NCBI GenBank assembly: GCA_040902445.1
Contig: JBBDXJ010000293.1
Location: forward strand, 2,075-66,074
Direction of reading: 5' to 3'
Source: Cyclobacteriaceae bacterium
GTDB taxonomy: Bacteria > Bacteroidota > Bacteroidia > Cytophagales > Cyclobacteriaceae
DNA: 64,000 nucleotides
The position numbers were made by a program, and so were the translations under genes. The stretch's first letter is position 1, and each line of letters starts with the position of its first letter. Of this stretch, positions 9,792-20,318 are shown piece by piece. The notes under the pieces were generated by a model. It worked only from the letters and a program-made list of their open reading frames with translations, searched no databases and had not been told where the DNA came from.

Positions 9792-12700
9792 ATGGCTCTC
9801 CACTTATTCCATAACACGGTTTCCAAATGGTTTGAAAACAACTTTCAAACACCCACCGACGTGCAAACCCAGGCGTGGAATGCAATCCGGTCTTCGGAAA
9901 ATACCCTTATTGCCGCTCCGACCGGTTCAGGAAAAACGCTTGCCGCATTTCTCTCGGCCATCAACGATCTGATCGAGCAAGGTATCAAAGGAGAACTGGC
10001 ACCGGGAACGCAGGTCGTTTATATATCGCCGCTGAAGGCCCTGAGCAACGATATTGAACGGAATCTGCGTTTTCCACTGGAAGGAATAAAAAAGGAACTC
10101 GCAGATTCCGGGTTTCCGGCCGTGGACATCGAGGTGATGGTGAGAACAGGTGACACACCGATGGCCGACCGCGCTCGCATGATCAAACATCCGCCGCACA
10201 TCCTGGTTACAACCCCCGAATCTCTTTACCTCCTGCTCACCGGTACAAATGGCCGTAAGATGTTAAGTACTGTCCACACGCTGATCATTGATGAGATCCA
10301 TGCGCTGGTTGGCGATAAGAGAGGCTCACATCTTTCGCTTTCCGTTGAACGGCTCGAAACGCTGACGAAACGAAAACTTCACCGCATAGGATTATCAGCA
10401 ACGCAAAAACCTGTCGAACAGGTCGCAAGTTTTTTAACCGGTAACAGTGCCAATGGAAAGTTGGATTGCAAGATCATTGATGCGGGTCATTCACGCAAGC
10501 TTGATCTATCGATCGCAGTGCCTTCTTCGCCCTTAACTGCGGTAATGGCAAATGAAGTGTGGGGAGAAATTTACGACATACTGATTCAGCTGATCGCTAC
10601 TCATGAAACCACATTGATCTTTGTTAACACGCGGCGACTCGCAGAACGGCTTTCACACAATCTGAATGAAAAATTAGGACAGGGAAATGTTCTAGCTCAC
10701 CATGGCAGCATGTCAAAAGACCTTCGGTTTGATGCAGAACGCAGACTGAAATCCGGATCTTTAAAAGCCCTCGTAGCAACCGCTTCCATGGAATTGGGTA
10801 TTGATGTTGGCTCCATAGATCTTGTTTGTCAGATCGGTGCCCCGCGTTCGATCGCAGCTTTTTTACAGCGTGTAGGAAGGTCCGGACATAGTGTGAATAA
10901 AACGCCGAAAGGAAAAATATTTCCCCTCACCAGCGATGAGCTTGTCGATTGCGCTGCTATCATGGATGCAATTCAGCGCGGAGAACTCGACCGGATCATC
11001 ATGCCTGAAAAACCACTCGATATCCTTGCCCAGCAGATTGTCGCTGAAACTTCCTGTGAAGAGTATACTGAAGAAGAATTATTCAGGCTTGTGAAAAAAG
11101 CGTATCCCTATCGCGACCTCACCCGCCAGGACTTCGATGAAGTGATCACCATGCTATCGGAAGGTTTTACAAGTCGCAACGGAAGAAGAGCAGCGTATAT
11201 CTACCACGATATGGTGAATGAAAGACTCAAGGCCAGGAAAGGTGCGAAGCTTACTGCGATTATGTCGGGAGGCGCTATACCCGACAATTTTGAGTATGAC
11301 GTAATGCTTGAGCCCGGAAATATTTTTCTCGGCACATTGAATGAAGATTTCGCTATTGAAAGTATTCCCGGTGATATTTTTAAACTTGGAAATAATTCGT
11401 GGAAGATCCAGAGAATAGAAAATGGAAAAGTACGGGTCGAAGATGCTGCAGGCCAACCGCCAAACATTCCGTTTTGGCTGGGTGAAGCACCCGGCAGAAC
11501 AAAAGAACTTTCCTTTGCAGTTTCGCGGCTGCGTGAAGATATCACTTCAAGGCTTGGAAATCTTGATTCATTGAATGCTGAAAACAGCCATATCGATGAC
11601 GATTGGAAAACAGATGCTCTTGATTGGCTCACGAAAGAAAAAGGAATTCTTCCTGCCGCAGCGGATCAGCTAATTGATTATCTCGGAGCTGCAAAAGCTG
11701 CGCTGAAGATCATGCCATCACAAAATAATATTGTGATGGAACGCTTCTTCGATGATGCGGGTGACATGCACCTGGTCATCCATTCTCCTTTTGGAAACAG
11801 GCTCAACAAAGCCTGGGGACTGGCCCTTCGGAAACGCTTCTGCCGTAAATTCAATTTCGAGTTACAGGCCGCCGCGAACGACAATGCCATCATTCTTTCA
11901 TTGGGCTCTACCCATAGTTTTCCGCTGGAGGAAGTTTTTGGTTACCTCAGCCCTGAAACTGTAAGAGACGTTTTGGTACAGGCGATGCTGGATGCTCCGA
12001 TGTTCGGGATCAGATGGCGCTGGAATGCTTCACGTGCGCTCGCCGTCGTGAGGAGAAGAGCAGACCGAAAAGTTCCTGCACAGTTACAACGGATGCAATC
12101 CGAAGATCTCGTCGCACAGATTTTTCCTGATCAGCTTGCATGCCTGGAAAATATTCCGGGCGAAAGAGAAGTTCCTGACCATCCTCTAGTAAGACAGACG
12201 ATTCACGATTGCCTGTACGAGGCGATGGATATTGAAGGGCTCGAGAATTTATTGCGAAAAATAAAAAATAAAGAAGTCAACCTCATTGCCCGCGACTTAA
12301 AGGAGCCTTCGCCCCTCGCTTACGAGATCGTGAATGCGCGTCCTTATGCTTTCCTGGATGATGCACCGCTGGAAGAACGCAGGACACTCGCCGTTAGAAA
12401 CCGGCGATGGTTGTCACCCGCTGAAGCAAATGATCTTGGAAAGCTGGATCCCGCGGCGATTGAAGCTGTAAAAAAAGAAGCATGGCCCGAAGTAACAACT
12501 GCGGATGAATTGCATGATGCCTTATTGCTTTCGGGGTTGATCACGGAAAAAGAAGGGATTGAAAACAACTGGATCACTAACTTCGATGAATTGATCGGCG
12601 CAAAACGAGCCACGGTTTTGGGAAGCGGGGAAAAAGCTTTGTGGATCGCAACGGAGCGTCTGCCATATATTCTTAAAGTTTATCCCGACAGGCCCTTGCA

Positions 12701-14153
12701 ATATGAAGTAACCATTCCTGAAAAACTTCTGAACATTCCCCCGGATAAAGATCCGCTCGTGGAACTTGTGCGTGGAAGACTGGAGATCATGGGACCGGTG
12801 ACGGCAGAAACCCTTGCTGATCTAATGGATCTTCCTCTTTCACAAATTGACATGGCGCTGTTGAAGCTAGAAAATGAAGGGTTCGTTTTCCAGGGCAACT
12901 TCTCCGGCGCGGATTCAAAAGAATGGTGTGAGCGGAGATTGCTTGCAAGGATACACCGGTACACGATCAAAAAACTTCGCAGTGAAATAGAACCGGTTTC
13001 ATCCGCCGATTTCATGCGGTTCTTGTTCACATGGCACCAGTTGGGAAAGGAAAATCAAAGCCAGGGTGTAACTGCACTTGAGCACATTCTTCAAAAACTG
13101 GAAGGTTTCGAAGCGCCCGCTATCGCATGGGAAAGTGATATTTTTCCCGCAAGGATCACCGACTATAATCATCAGTGGCTGGATATGCTGAGCATGGCCG
13201 GCAAAATTTCGTGGGGGCGCTTCCGTCCATCAGCTTCCATAAAAGACAAGGAGAAGAAAACAAGTAGTCCGGTAAGGACGACACCAGTCGCCTTTGTAAA
13301 CCGCGCCAACCTTCGTGTCTGGAAAAACGTCGATGCCGCGGATGGAGATCTCGCTGAGCATCTTTCGCCGAGATCGCTGGAAGTATTTAAACTCTTACAG
13401 CAACACGGCGCATCCTTCTTCGATGACATCGTGTATAAAGCGAAACTTTTTCCTTCACAGGCTGAAGATGCTTTGGGAGAACTGATCAGTTCCGGATTGA
13501 TCACCTCAGACACCTTTACCGGATTGCGGGCTCTCCTGGTTCCCGATAAGTATAAATCTAATACTGGCCGACGGCATGACACCGAAATCTTTTCCATGAA
13601 TTATGCCGGGCGCTGGTCCTTGCTGCACGACAACCACAAAGAAGAAAGTGCAATTAATTCCCAACAGGATATAGAAACCATTGCATGGGCTTTGTTGAGA
13701 AGATATGGAGTCGTATTCCGTAAACTAGCTGAGCGCGAAAATCTTGCACCTCCATGGAGGGAGATTGTGCGTATGCTCAGGACGATGGAGGCACGTGGGC
13801 AAATCCGCGGGGGAAGGTTTGTCGAGGGCGTGTATGGTGAACAGTATGCCCTGCCCGAAGCTGTTGTTGAATTGCGAAACTGCAGAAAAAATCTAAAACG
13901 TGAAGTGTTGATCTCCATCAGCGCGGCCGATCCACTCAACCTTACCGGTGTTATCACGCCGGGCCGACGCGTCCCTGCTTTTTCCGCAAACCGGATCTTA
14001 TATCAGGATGGTGTACCCATCGCCTTCAAGGAAGCCAAAGAGATCCAGTTTATCGGTGAACCTGAACCGGATAAGAAGTGGGCTTTGCAGAGCGCGCTGA
14101 TACAGCACACTGTTTCACCGAGGTTGAGAAAGTATTTAGGAAAGGCCGTGTGA
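9792..14153 (+). CDS. lhr: Lhr-family ATP-dependent DEAD/DEAH-box helicase
   Basis: 1453 aa. Walker A APTGSGKTLAAFL, DEIH box (IIDEIHALVGDKRGSHL), SAT-like LSATQ, QRVGRSGH motif VI, and a long Lhr-type C-terminal extension. Confidence 0.85.
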   Translation: MALHLFHNTVSKWFENNFQTPTDVQTQAWNAIRSSENTLIAAPTGSGKTLAAFLSAINDLIEQGIKGELAPGTQVVYISPLKALSNDIERNLRFPLEGIKKELADSGFPAVDIEVMVRTGDTPMADRARMIKHPPHILVTTPESLYLLLTGTNGRKMLSTVHTLIIDEIHALVGDKRGSHLSLSVERLETLTKRKLHRIGLSATQKPVEQVASFLTGNSANGKLDCKIIDAGHSRKLDLSIAVPSSPLTAVMANEVWGEIYDILIQLIATHETTLIFVNTRRLAERLSHNLNEKLGQGNVLAHHGSMSKDLRFDAERRLKSGSLKALVATASMELGIDVGSIDLVCQIGAPRSIAAFLQRVGRSGHSVNKTPKGKIFPLTSDELVDCAAIMDAIQRGELDRIIMPEKPLDILAQQIVAETSCEEYTEEELFRLVKKAYPYRDLTRQDFDEVITMLSEGFTSRNGRRAAYIYHDMVNERLKARKGAKLTAIMSGGAIPDNFEYDVMLEPGNIFLGTLNEDFAIESIPGDIFKLGNNSWKIQRIENGKVRVEDAAGQPPNIPFWLGEAPGRTKELSFAVSRLREDITSRLGNLDSLNAENSHIDDDWKTDALDWLTKEKGILPAAADQLIDYLGAAKAALKIMPSQNNIVMERFFDDAGDMHLVIHSPFGNRLNKAWGLALRKRFCRKFNFELQAAANDNAIILSLGSTHSFPLEEVFGYLSPETVRDVLVQAMLDAPMFGIRWRWNASRALAVVRRRADRKVPAQLQRMQSEDLVAQIFPDQLACLENIPGEREVPDHPLVRQTIHDCLYEAMDIEGLENLLRKIKNKEVNLIARDLKEPSPLAYEIVNARPYAFLDDAPLEERRTLAVRNRRWLSPAEANDLGKLDPAAIEAVKKEAWPEVTTADELHDALLLSGLITEKEGIENNWITNFDELIGAKRATVLGSGEKALWIATERLPYILKVYPDRPLQYEVTIPEKLLNIPPDKDPLVELVRGRLEIMGPVTAETLADLMDLPLSQIDMALLKLENEGFVFQGNFSGADSKEWCERRLLARIHRYTIKKLRSEIEPVSSADFMRFLFTWHQLGKENQSQGVTALEHILQKLEGFEAPAIAWESDIFPARITDYNHQWLDMLSMAGKISWGRFRPSASIKDKEKKTSSPVRTTPVAFVNRANLRVWKNVDAADGDLAEHLSPRSLEVFKLLQQHGASFFDDIVYKAKLFPSQAEDALGELISSGLITSDTFTGLRALLVPDKYKSNTGRRHDTEIFSMNYAGRWSLLHDNHKEESAINSQQDIETIAWALLRRYGVVFRKLAERENLAPPWREIVRMLRTMEARGQIRGGRFVEGVYGEQYALPEAVVELRNCRKNLKREVLISISAADPLNLTGVITPGRRVPAFSANRILYQDGVPIAFKEAKEIQFIGEPEPDKKWALQSALIQHTVSPRLRKYLGKAV

Positions 14154-14170
14154 TCTCCAATGCAGCTATC

Positions 14171-16639
14171 CTATTCCGTTTTCAAAGCGTCAACCGGGTT
14201 TCTTAATGCAGCTTTGACAGATTGAAAACCAATGATGAGCCAGGCAATGCCAATTGACGCAAGACCTGCCAGCAAAAAAACCAGGACTCCGACTTCAATT
14301 TTATAGACAAAATTTTCCAGCCATCGGGTCATACCATAATATCCCAGGGGAACGGCAACGGCAAATGCGATACCAACGAGCTTGATGAAGTCCTTTGACA
14401 ACATACCTACGATGCCCGACACAGAAGCTCCAAGAACTTTGCGAATACCGATTTCTTTTACCCTGCGTTCGGCCACATCAATGGAAAGGCCATAAAGTCC
14501 AAGGCAAGATATGACTATAGCAATGATTGTGAAGGCGGATATGAGCGAGAAGACACGCTGGTCGGCTTCGTACTGGCGCTTAACGTTCTCGCTAAGCAGA
14601 TTGTACTCGAAAGGAGTATTCTGCACGAGCTCCTTCCAAACCTTTTGCATCATCGATAGCACATTTTCGTAATTGCTTCCGTCAAGCGCTATTGCCATCT
14701 CGCTATAATCATAGCTGCTGGCAGGAATAACAAAAAACATCGGTGCTACAGTCCGATGCATCGAGCCCTGGTGAAAATCTTCAACTATACCTTCGATAAT
14801 AAAAGTCATATGTTGTCCCTGTGGCTCGCCGTGAAGCTTTGATCCCACAGCTTGTTCCATTTTCATACCTGTAGCCTGCAGGCTAGCCTCGTTCACCAGG
14901 ATGTGATTCACAGGATTGCCAAAACGAAATGTGTCTTTTTCAAACCTGAGGTTCCGGCCGGCCAGTAACTTAATATCCAGGAGTTGTAAGTAATCCTCGT
15001 CCATACTTACCATAAAATGATCGTGTGCTTTTTCAATACTGGTGCCGTCAGGATAAAGTAGAATATCATTTAAAATTGGCGAAGCCGGTAATGAAGAGGA
15101 GGCCGTAACGGCGTTTACGGCGGATAGCTGCTGAAACCTGTCCTTTAGTTGCCGATAGGCTAACTTCGCCTCTGCTGTCCGCATGGGCAATGTGATCTTA
15201 TATTCCGGATTGAAACCAAGTGATTTGTTCTGAATGAACTTCATCTGCTCGTTAATAATCAGGATGGAAGAAATTAATGTTATGGAAATGGCAAATTGAA
15301 ATACCACCAGACTCTTACGAAGCCAGTTTGAGGAACTTCGACTGAGATATTTTTCCTTTAGCACTCTGGCTGGCTGAAAGCCGGAAAGGAAAAAAGCGGG
15401 ATAACTTCCGGCAATAAGGCTTGTTATTAATGAAATGCCCAATAGTGCTCCAATAATATATCCCACATTCTGGAAATTTATCGACAGGTCTTTTTGAGTA
15501 AATTGGTTGAACAACGGCAATGCCGCCTGTACCAACACGGCAGACAGCAACATGGCAAGGATAACAATTACCAACGATTCACCGAGAAATTGCCGGATGA
15601 GGTTTACTCTGCTCGCACCCAACGATTTCCGAACACCTACTTCACCAGCACGCTGCATAGCTTTTGCAGTTGTAAGGTTCATGAAATTAATGCAGGCGAT
15701 CAATAAAATGAAAATGCATATTGAACCAATAATATAAATGTAGGTGATGTTTCCTGCCGCTCCAATATCCATGAAGCCAAACTGGCTGTGATTGAATTCT
15801 TGGAATGAATAGAGATGCATGTCTGCCAGGGGTTGAATTCCAAGTTCCTTTTGAAAACCTATTTCCTTCAGGTCTTTCGCAGCATACTTGTCCAGTAGTG
15901 CAGGGAATTTGGCCTTCAGATCTTCCGCCGACGCAGTCGGTTTTAATTTTATGAATGCATAGACAAAGTTTTGACCGGACCAGGTGGTGGCACTATTAAC
16001 ATAGCGTCCTATGCCCCTGCTGTTCATGCACATATAGAAATTCGCATCCATTTGCGATTTATCGGTGTAGGGTTTGAGCACACCGGTGACCCGAAATGTA
16101 TCGGTACTGTTGCCACTGTTAATGACGATAAGTTTATCAAGACCAGATTCGTCGCCGAAAATCTTGCGGGCAACATCGTGCGAAAGCACTACGGCAGACG
16201 GACCGTCCAGAGCAGTGTTGCGGTCTCCCTGTTCAAAATCATAGGAAAATATATCGAAGAAAGTGGAATCAACAACGTAGCCTTTCTTCTCGTAAAAATT
16301 TTTGTCTTCATACTGTATGAGGTGGCGCTCTACGTTGGGCATTTCGACAAGTCGCGCAGCCGACTCCAGGTCAGGAAACTCTTGCAGCATGGTCATGCCT
16401 ATGGGAGGAGAAGTGCGTTGCAATTTCCCATTCAGCTGGTCGGAAATGATGGTGGTAGTTACTCTGTAAATGTTATCGTAATCCTTAAAGTGTCTTTCAT
16501 AACTGAATTCATCCTTGATGAACAGGGCCAGCAGGGTACAACAAGTAATACCAATCGCGAGGCCGAGGATATTAATAAAAGAAAAGACCTTGTGCCTGGT
16601 TACATTGCGAAATGCTACAATAAAGTAATTTTGGAACAT
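14171..16639 (-). CDS. MacB/FtsX-type ABC transporter permease (orphan; no adjacent ATPase)
   Basis: 822 aa. N-terminus MFQNYFIVAFRNVTRHK, two FtsX modules each preceded by a large extracytoplasmic domain, GVRKSLGAS and GIRKVLGAS loops. Confidence 0.8.
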   Translation of the reverse strand: MFQNYFIVAFRNVTRHKVFSFINILGLAIGITCCTLLALFIKDEFSYERHFKDYDNIYRVTTTIISDQLNGKLQRTSPPIGMTMLQEFPDLESAARLVEMPNVERHLIQYEDKNFYEKKGYVVDSTFFDIFSYDFEQGDRNTALDGPSAVVLSHDVARKIFGDESGLDKLIVINSGNSTDTFRVTGVLKPYTDKSQMDANFYMCMNSRGIGRYVNSATTWSGQNFVYAFIKLKPTASAEDLKAKFPALLDKYAAKDLKEIGFQKELGIQPLADMHLYSFQEFNHSQFGFMDIGAAGNITYIYIIGSICIFILLIACINFMNLTTAKAMQRAGEVGVRKSLGASRVNLIRQFLGESLVIVILAMLLSAVLVQAALPLFNQFTQKDLSINFQNVGYIIGALLGISLITSLIAGSYPAFFLSGFQPARVLKEKYLSRSSSNWLRKSLVVFQFAISITLISSILIINEQMKFIQNKSLGFNPEYKITLPMRTAEAKLAYRQLKDRFQQLSAVNAVTASSSLPASPILNDILLYPDGTSIEKAHDHFMVSMDEDYLQLLDIKLLAGRNLRFEKDTFRFGNPVNHILVNEASLQATGMKMEQAVGSKLHGEPQGQHMTFIIEGIVEDFHQGSMHRTVAPMFFVIPASSYDYSEMAIALDGSNYENVLSMMQKVWKELVQNTPFEYNLLSENVKRQYEADQRVFSLISAFTIIAIVISCLGLYGLSIDVAERRVKEIGIRKVLGASVSGIVGMLSKDFIKLVGIAFAVAVPLGYYGMTRWLENFVYKIEVGVLVFLLAGLASIGIAWLIIGFQSVKAALRNPVDALKTE

Positions 16640-16818
16640 AGAAAGCTGGGTTGGATCACCCCAGGCCTACCCAATATTGGTGCCAAGGTAACTTCCAGGG
16701 AAAACATAGCTACTAAGGTGTTTCAGGACATAATCAGGCCCGAACGAAACAATGATGAACGATCAAAGTCTCCGGCGTGATGCCCGAATATGAGCAATAC
16801 ATGTGCGTATCTGAACAA

Positions 16819-16858
16819 AAAGGAACTCAAAATCCCGCAAAGGAATTCAAAATCCTGC
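16819..16858. repeat. tandem 20-bp direct repeat in a divergent promoter region
   Basis: AAAGGAACTCAAAATCCCGC (16819-16838) is immediately followed by AAAGGAATTCAAAATCCTGC (16839-16858), 18/20 identical. It lies between the divergent MacB-like genes. Confidence 0.7.
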
Positions 16859-17079
16859 TTTTAATAACTGGTACAATTGTTCGATCTAATTAAACCTGTA
16901 GGGTGTAATTTGTTAAAACGAAGCATTAAATGATTTGTTAACTATGCAACCAAGGTTTACTTTGTTGCATCATTCAAATCACATTGTAGCATGCCCATCA
17001 ATTCCCTCCAGCTTTAGCTGGGATTTTATATACTGTGGATTTTCGGGCTTTAGCCAATAAACCTCCTTAAACTAACAAT

Positions 17080-19458
17080 ATGCTGTTTAATTATTTGCGA
17101 GTCGCCTTCCGGAATCTTCTCAAAAACAAAAGTTATGTGATCATCAATGCGCTTGGGTTGGGAACAGCACTTGCATGCTGTATTACGGCTTATCTTTTAC
17201 TGGCCTATAATATAGAGTTTGATAATTTTCATGATGATGAAAAGGTCTCTAACATTTTCAAATTCCATACTATCTCAAAGGAAAAAGACGGATCAATTGC
17301 CCGGGATGTCCAGGCGCCGATTGTACTTGCGCCTATTGCGGTAGAAGAAATAACGGGCATTAAAAGATACACTCGGTTTCTCTATGGTGGCGGTGCTTTG
17401 TATTACGGAGATAAAGCCTTCAATGAAGGAATTGCCTTTGCTGACAGTTCGTTTTTTGACCTTTTCGATTACCCGCTGATCGCCGGAAATCATAAATATT
17501 TCCATGATAAGAACAGCATTTTTATCTCGGAAAAGGTAGCCAAAAAATATTTTGGAAACGATGATCCGATCGGGAAGTTGATGGTATTCACCAGTGGTGA
17601 TGAAACTGAAATTGAGGTGCTGGTGGGAGGTGTTTTGGAAAGATTTCCTTTAAACAACACTTTCTCATTCGATATCCTTATGCGAATGGAACACTTCATG
17701 GAGATGGCTACAATAAGGACAGACGACTGGAGCGACTGGCGAAACCCCGCAACCTTTGTTGAACTTTCTTCTCCTGATAATGCAAGCCAGATCAGCGCTC
17801 AATTTTCAAAGTATATACCTAATCGCAATAAATTACGCACTGATATGGTGGTGGAATCCTATGAGCTTGTCCCCTTTAAGTCGATGTTCGCTCAGGACGA
17901 GCTTCGTTATAATTGGGTCAACCATAGGATCGGTGCCGAGCCGCTCATTATTTTTAGCGCCATGGCCGGCCTTATTCTGCTCATTGCGTGTTTCAACCTT
18001 ACGAACACGTCAATTGCGATGGCAGGAAAACGACTGAAAGAGGTTGGCGTAAGGAAAGCTGTGGGCGCCAGCAGACAGCAGATCGTTTCCCAATTTTTGT
18101 TTGAAACGCTTCTTTTGATTACAGGTTCTGTTTTGGCGGGATTGCTTATGGCGCAGTTCATTGTACCAGCCTTTGTCAGCATGTGGGATCTTCCTTACGA
18201 TCTCAAAGACCTCGATGGAGTAAACCTTTTCGCGGCGCTTGTGATCCTTGTTTTTCTGGCAGCGTTGCTGGCAGGTATGTATCCTGCTTTGTACAGCAGC
18301 AAGTTCAAACCCACCGCCCTGCTCAAGGGAACTATCAGGATGAAAGGCACCAATGGCCTTACACGAATGCTTGTGGCATCGCAATTTGCGCTCTCGGTGA
18401 TTGTTATGATCGCCGGAGTTGTTTTTATCCGCAACACCAAATATCAGGAACAAATCAAATTCGGCTATGACCATCAAAGAATTATTACTGTGAGCCTTGG
18501 TGGTGCACGGGAATTTGAGGCAATGGAAAAGACGATCGCATCGAACCCTAAAATTTTATCAGTGGGGGTTAGCGATGGGAGCATCGGAAGAAACAGCTAT
18601 CAGACCCCTGTGCGGGTGGACACCGGACAATACAACGTTCAGGCGTTGGCCGTTGGAAAAAATTATTTTGAAACAATCGGACTGCGCTTTATCAAAGGAC
18701 GGACCTTTGATCTTGAAAATGCCTCGGATCAGGAAGGCATCATTGTGAATAAAGCTTTTGTTGACCGGACAGGGATGGATGATCCCATCGATAGGATTGT
18801 TGTCCTGCATGATGGTAGACGGCGCATTTTAGGTGTGATTGAAAATCATATTGACAATTTATATCGCTCAAAGGAACCAGAGCCTTTCGTGTTTCATCCT
18901 GCAGCGAAAAAACAATACATTACTTTGTTGGTAAAAACGGAGCGCAGAGATCTGGTTGAGACGCAGAAATACCTTGAAGCTACCTGGAAAGAGATCTTCC
19001 CTGGCAAACCTTTCGAGAGCCAGTTTCAGGAAGATATTTTGTTGAAGGAAAGTAAAAAAATGAATGCAAACATGGAAAAGATCTTTTTCTTTATCACCGT
19101 TCTGGGCGGGTTGCTTTCTGCATCGGGAATATTTGCATTAGCTTCACTGAACATCACCAAACGCACGAAAGAAATTGGGATCAGGAAGGCGCTGGGAGCT
19201 ACGGAAAATAATATCCTTGGGCTGATGAACAGAGAGTTTGTGATAGTCTTGTTACTGGCAGCCATTTTGGGTTCTGTGGGCGGCTATTATGCTACGGATA
19301 AACTCTTGTCAATACTCTATACCTACCACATCAGTGTGGGAATTTTTCCTGTTATTGTTTCAGCCATTTTCATTTTCAGCATGGGAATTTTCACCACGAG
19401 TGTTACGATCCTGAAAGCTGCAAGGTCGAACCCGGTCCATACTTTGCGGACAGAATGA
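17080..19458 (+). CDS. MacB/FtsX-type ABC transporter permease (orphan)
   Basis: 792 aa. MLFNYLRVAFRNLLKNK N-terminus, GVRKAVGAS and GIRKALGAT loops, C-terminal SNPVHTLRTE, the same architecture as the paralogs. Confidence 0.8.
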   Translation: MLFNYLRVAFRNLLKNKSYVIINALGLGTALACCITAYLLLAYNIEFDNFHDDEKVSNIFKFHTISKEKDGSIARDVQAPIVLAPIAVEEITGIKRYTRFLYGGGALYYGDKAFNEGIAFADSSFFDLFDYPLIAGNHKYFHDKNSIFISEKVAKKYFGNDDPIGKLMVFTSGDETEIEVLVGGVLERFPLNNTFSFDILMRMEHFMEMATIRTDDWSDWRNPATFVELSSPDNASQISAQFSKYIPNRNKLRTDMVVESYELVPFKSMFAQDELRYNWVNHRIGAEPLIIFSAMAGLILLIACFNLTNTSIAMAGKRLKEVGVRKAVGASRQQIVSQFLFETLLLITGSVLAGLLMAQFIVPAFVSMWDLPYDLKDLDGVNLFAALVILVFLAALLAGMYPALYSSKFKPTALLKGTIRMKGTNGLTRMLVASQFALSVIVMIAGVVFIRNTKYQEQIKFGYDHQRIITVSLGGAREFEAMEKTIASNPKILSVGVSDGSIGRNSYQTPVRVDTGQYNVQALAVGKNYFETIGLRFIKGRTFDLENASDQEGIIVNKAFVDRTGMDDPIDRIVVLHDGRRRILGVIENHIDNLYRSKEPEPFVFHPAAKKQYITLLVKTERRDLVETQKYLEATWKEIFPGKPFESQFQEDILLKESKKMNANMEKIFFFITVLGGLLSASGIFALASLNITKRTKEIGIRKALGATENNILGLMNREFVIVLLLAAILGSVGGYYATDKLLSILYTYHISVGIFPVIVSAIFIFSMGIFTTSVTILKAARSNPVHTLRTE

Positions 19459-19710
19459 TTGTTGTTCTTTAGGCGAGGGTTGGAAGTAGAAGAATCCAGA
19501 TGTGCAGAAACAAAAATGAGGGCGCAGTCTCTTGGAGATGCAATCGTGCGTAGTGTATTGTTAAAATATTACGGAAAGCGGGGTGAGTTGATTAACCGAT
19601 GAATTCTGAAACGAGTTCCCATACCTCCAACCTTCAGACTGTGTCCGAGAACAATTTAATTTGTGGGTATGTTGAACGAGCCGTCTACGCAAGGGCGGAG
19701 GCGTGTTTTC

Positions 19711-19746
19711 AACTTTCTGAAAGTTTAGAACTTTCAGAAAGTTTTT
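19711..19746 (+). terminator. 33-nt perfect palindrome followed by a T-run (terminator-like or repeat-element core)
   Basis: AACTTTCTGAAAGTT TAG AACTTTCAGAAAGTT then TTT. Potential 15-bp stem with a 3-nt loop. It lies 250 nt downstream of the 17080-19458 stop. Confidence 0.4.
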
Positions 19747-20318
19747 CGGAGTAGAGTCGTTTACGCAAGGGCAGAGGGGTTCGAAACCAGATTATATACC
19801 ATCATCCGGGAGCGGGCGTTAACACAAAATCTATTAAGTACAGAAGCCACGATGAGTAGCAGTCATTTTTGCAGACGCAAGGGAGCGTACTAGTATTTTC
19901 AATTACAGAAGAAAGCGAGGCGTGTACGAAAACTCCTTCCCTCGGATGAAGGAAGGTGCCCAAGCGAAAGCGGCGGGCGGAAGGGTTCGACTGCTCTGTG
20001 AAGGGCACAAACTGTAGGAAACGCAGGAAAGTAAAGTTAAAATACACAAAACCAACGTTGATCGAAGTTGCTACAAAAACAAAAAATTTTGATCACTCTT
20101 TTGACTAGTTCATCAAAAGAACTACTGAAGCATTGCCGCTATTTCAAGAAACCTTAAATTTAGGATTTCAATTATTCTAATCCTTAAAAAATGATCCAAT
20201 CCAAAATTTCACAATCGATTGCAATTTGAATATAACGAAAGCATCTTCGAAAAAAGCGCACATCCCCGGAAGCAATACTTTGGACTCTATTGAAACGTCG
20301 CGTGAGATCAAAACCTCA

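Noticed and set aside
11201-13957. Several 100-143-aa minus-strand ORFs (11201-11632, 12680-13030, 13172-13597, 13601-13957).
   Set aside because: All are embedded antisense in the 1453-aa Lhr helicase gene. They are Ser/Arg-rich with no motifs.
15971-16780. 269-aa plus-strand ORF.
   Set aside because: It lies almost entirely antisense to the well-supported MacB-like permease gene (14171-16639). The composition is low-complexity with no recognisable motifs, so it is a shadow ORF.
18010-18477. 155-aa minus-strand ORF, plus other 60-95-aa ORFs inside 17080-19458.
   Set aside because: They are antisense to or out of frame with a full-length permease gene and have biased Arg/Cys/His-rich composition typical of non-coding frames.
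19777-19990. GGGTTCGA-containing segments as tRNA pseudogenes or T-arm remnants.
   Set aside because: No complementary T-stem, acceptor or anticodon arms can be drawn around them. The similarity is limited to about 8 nt.
19802-20047. 81-aa minus-strand ORF in the 860-bp gap.
   Set aside because: It overlaps the repeat-rich region (ACGCAAGGG / GGTTCGA motifs), has no recognisable features and has no plausible start context. The region is better treated as non-coding repeats.
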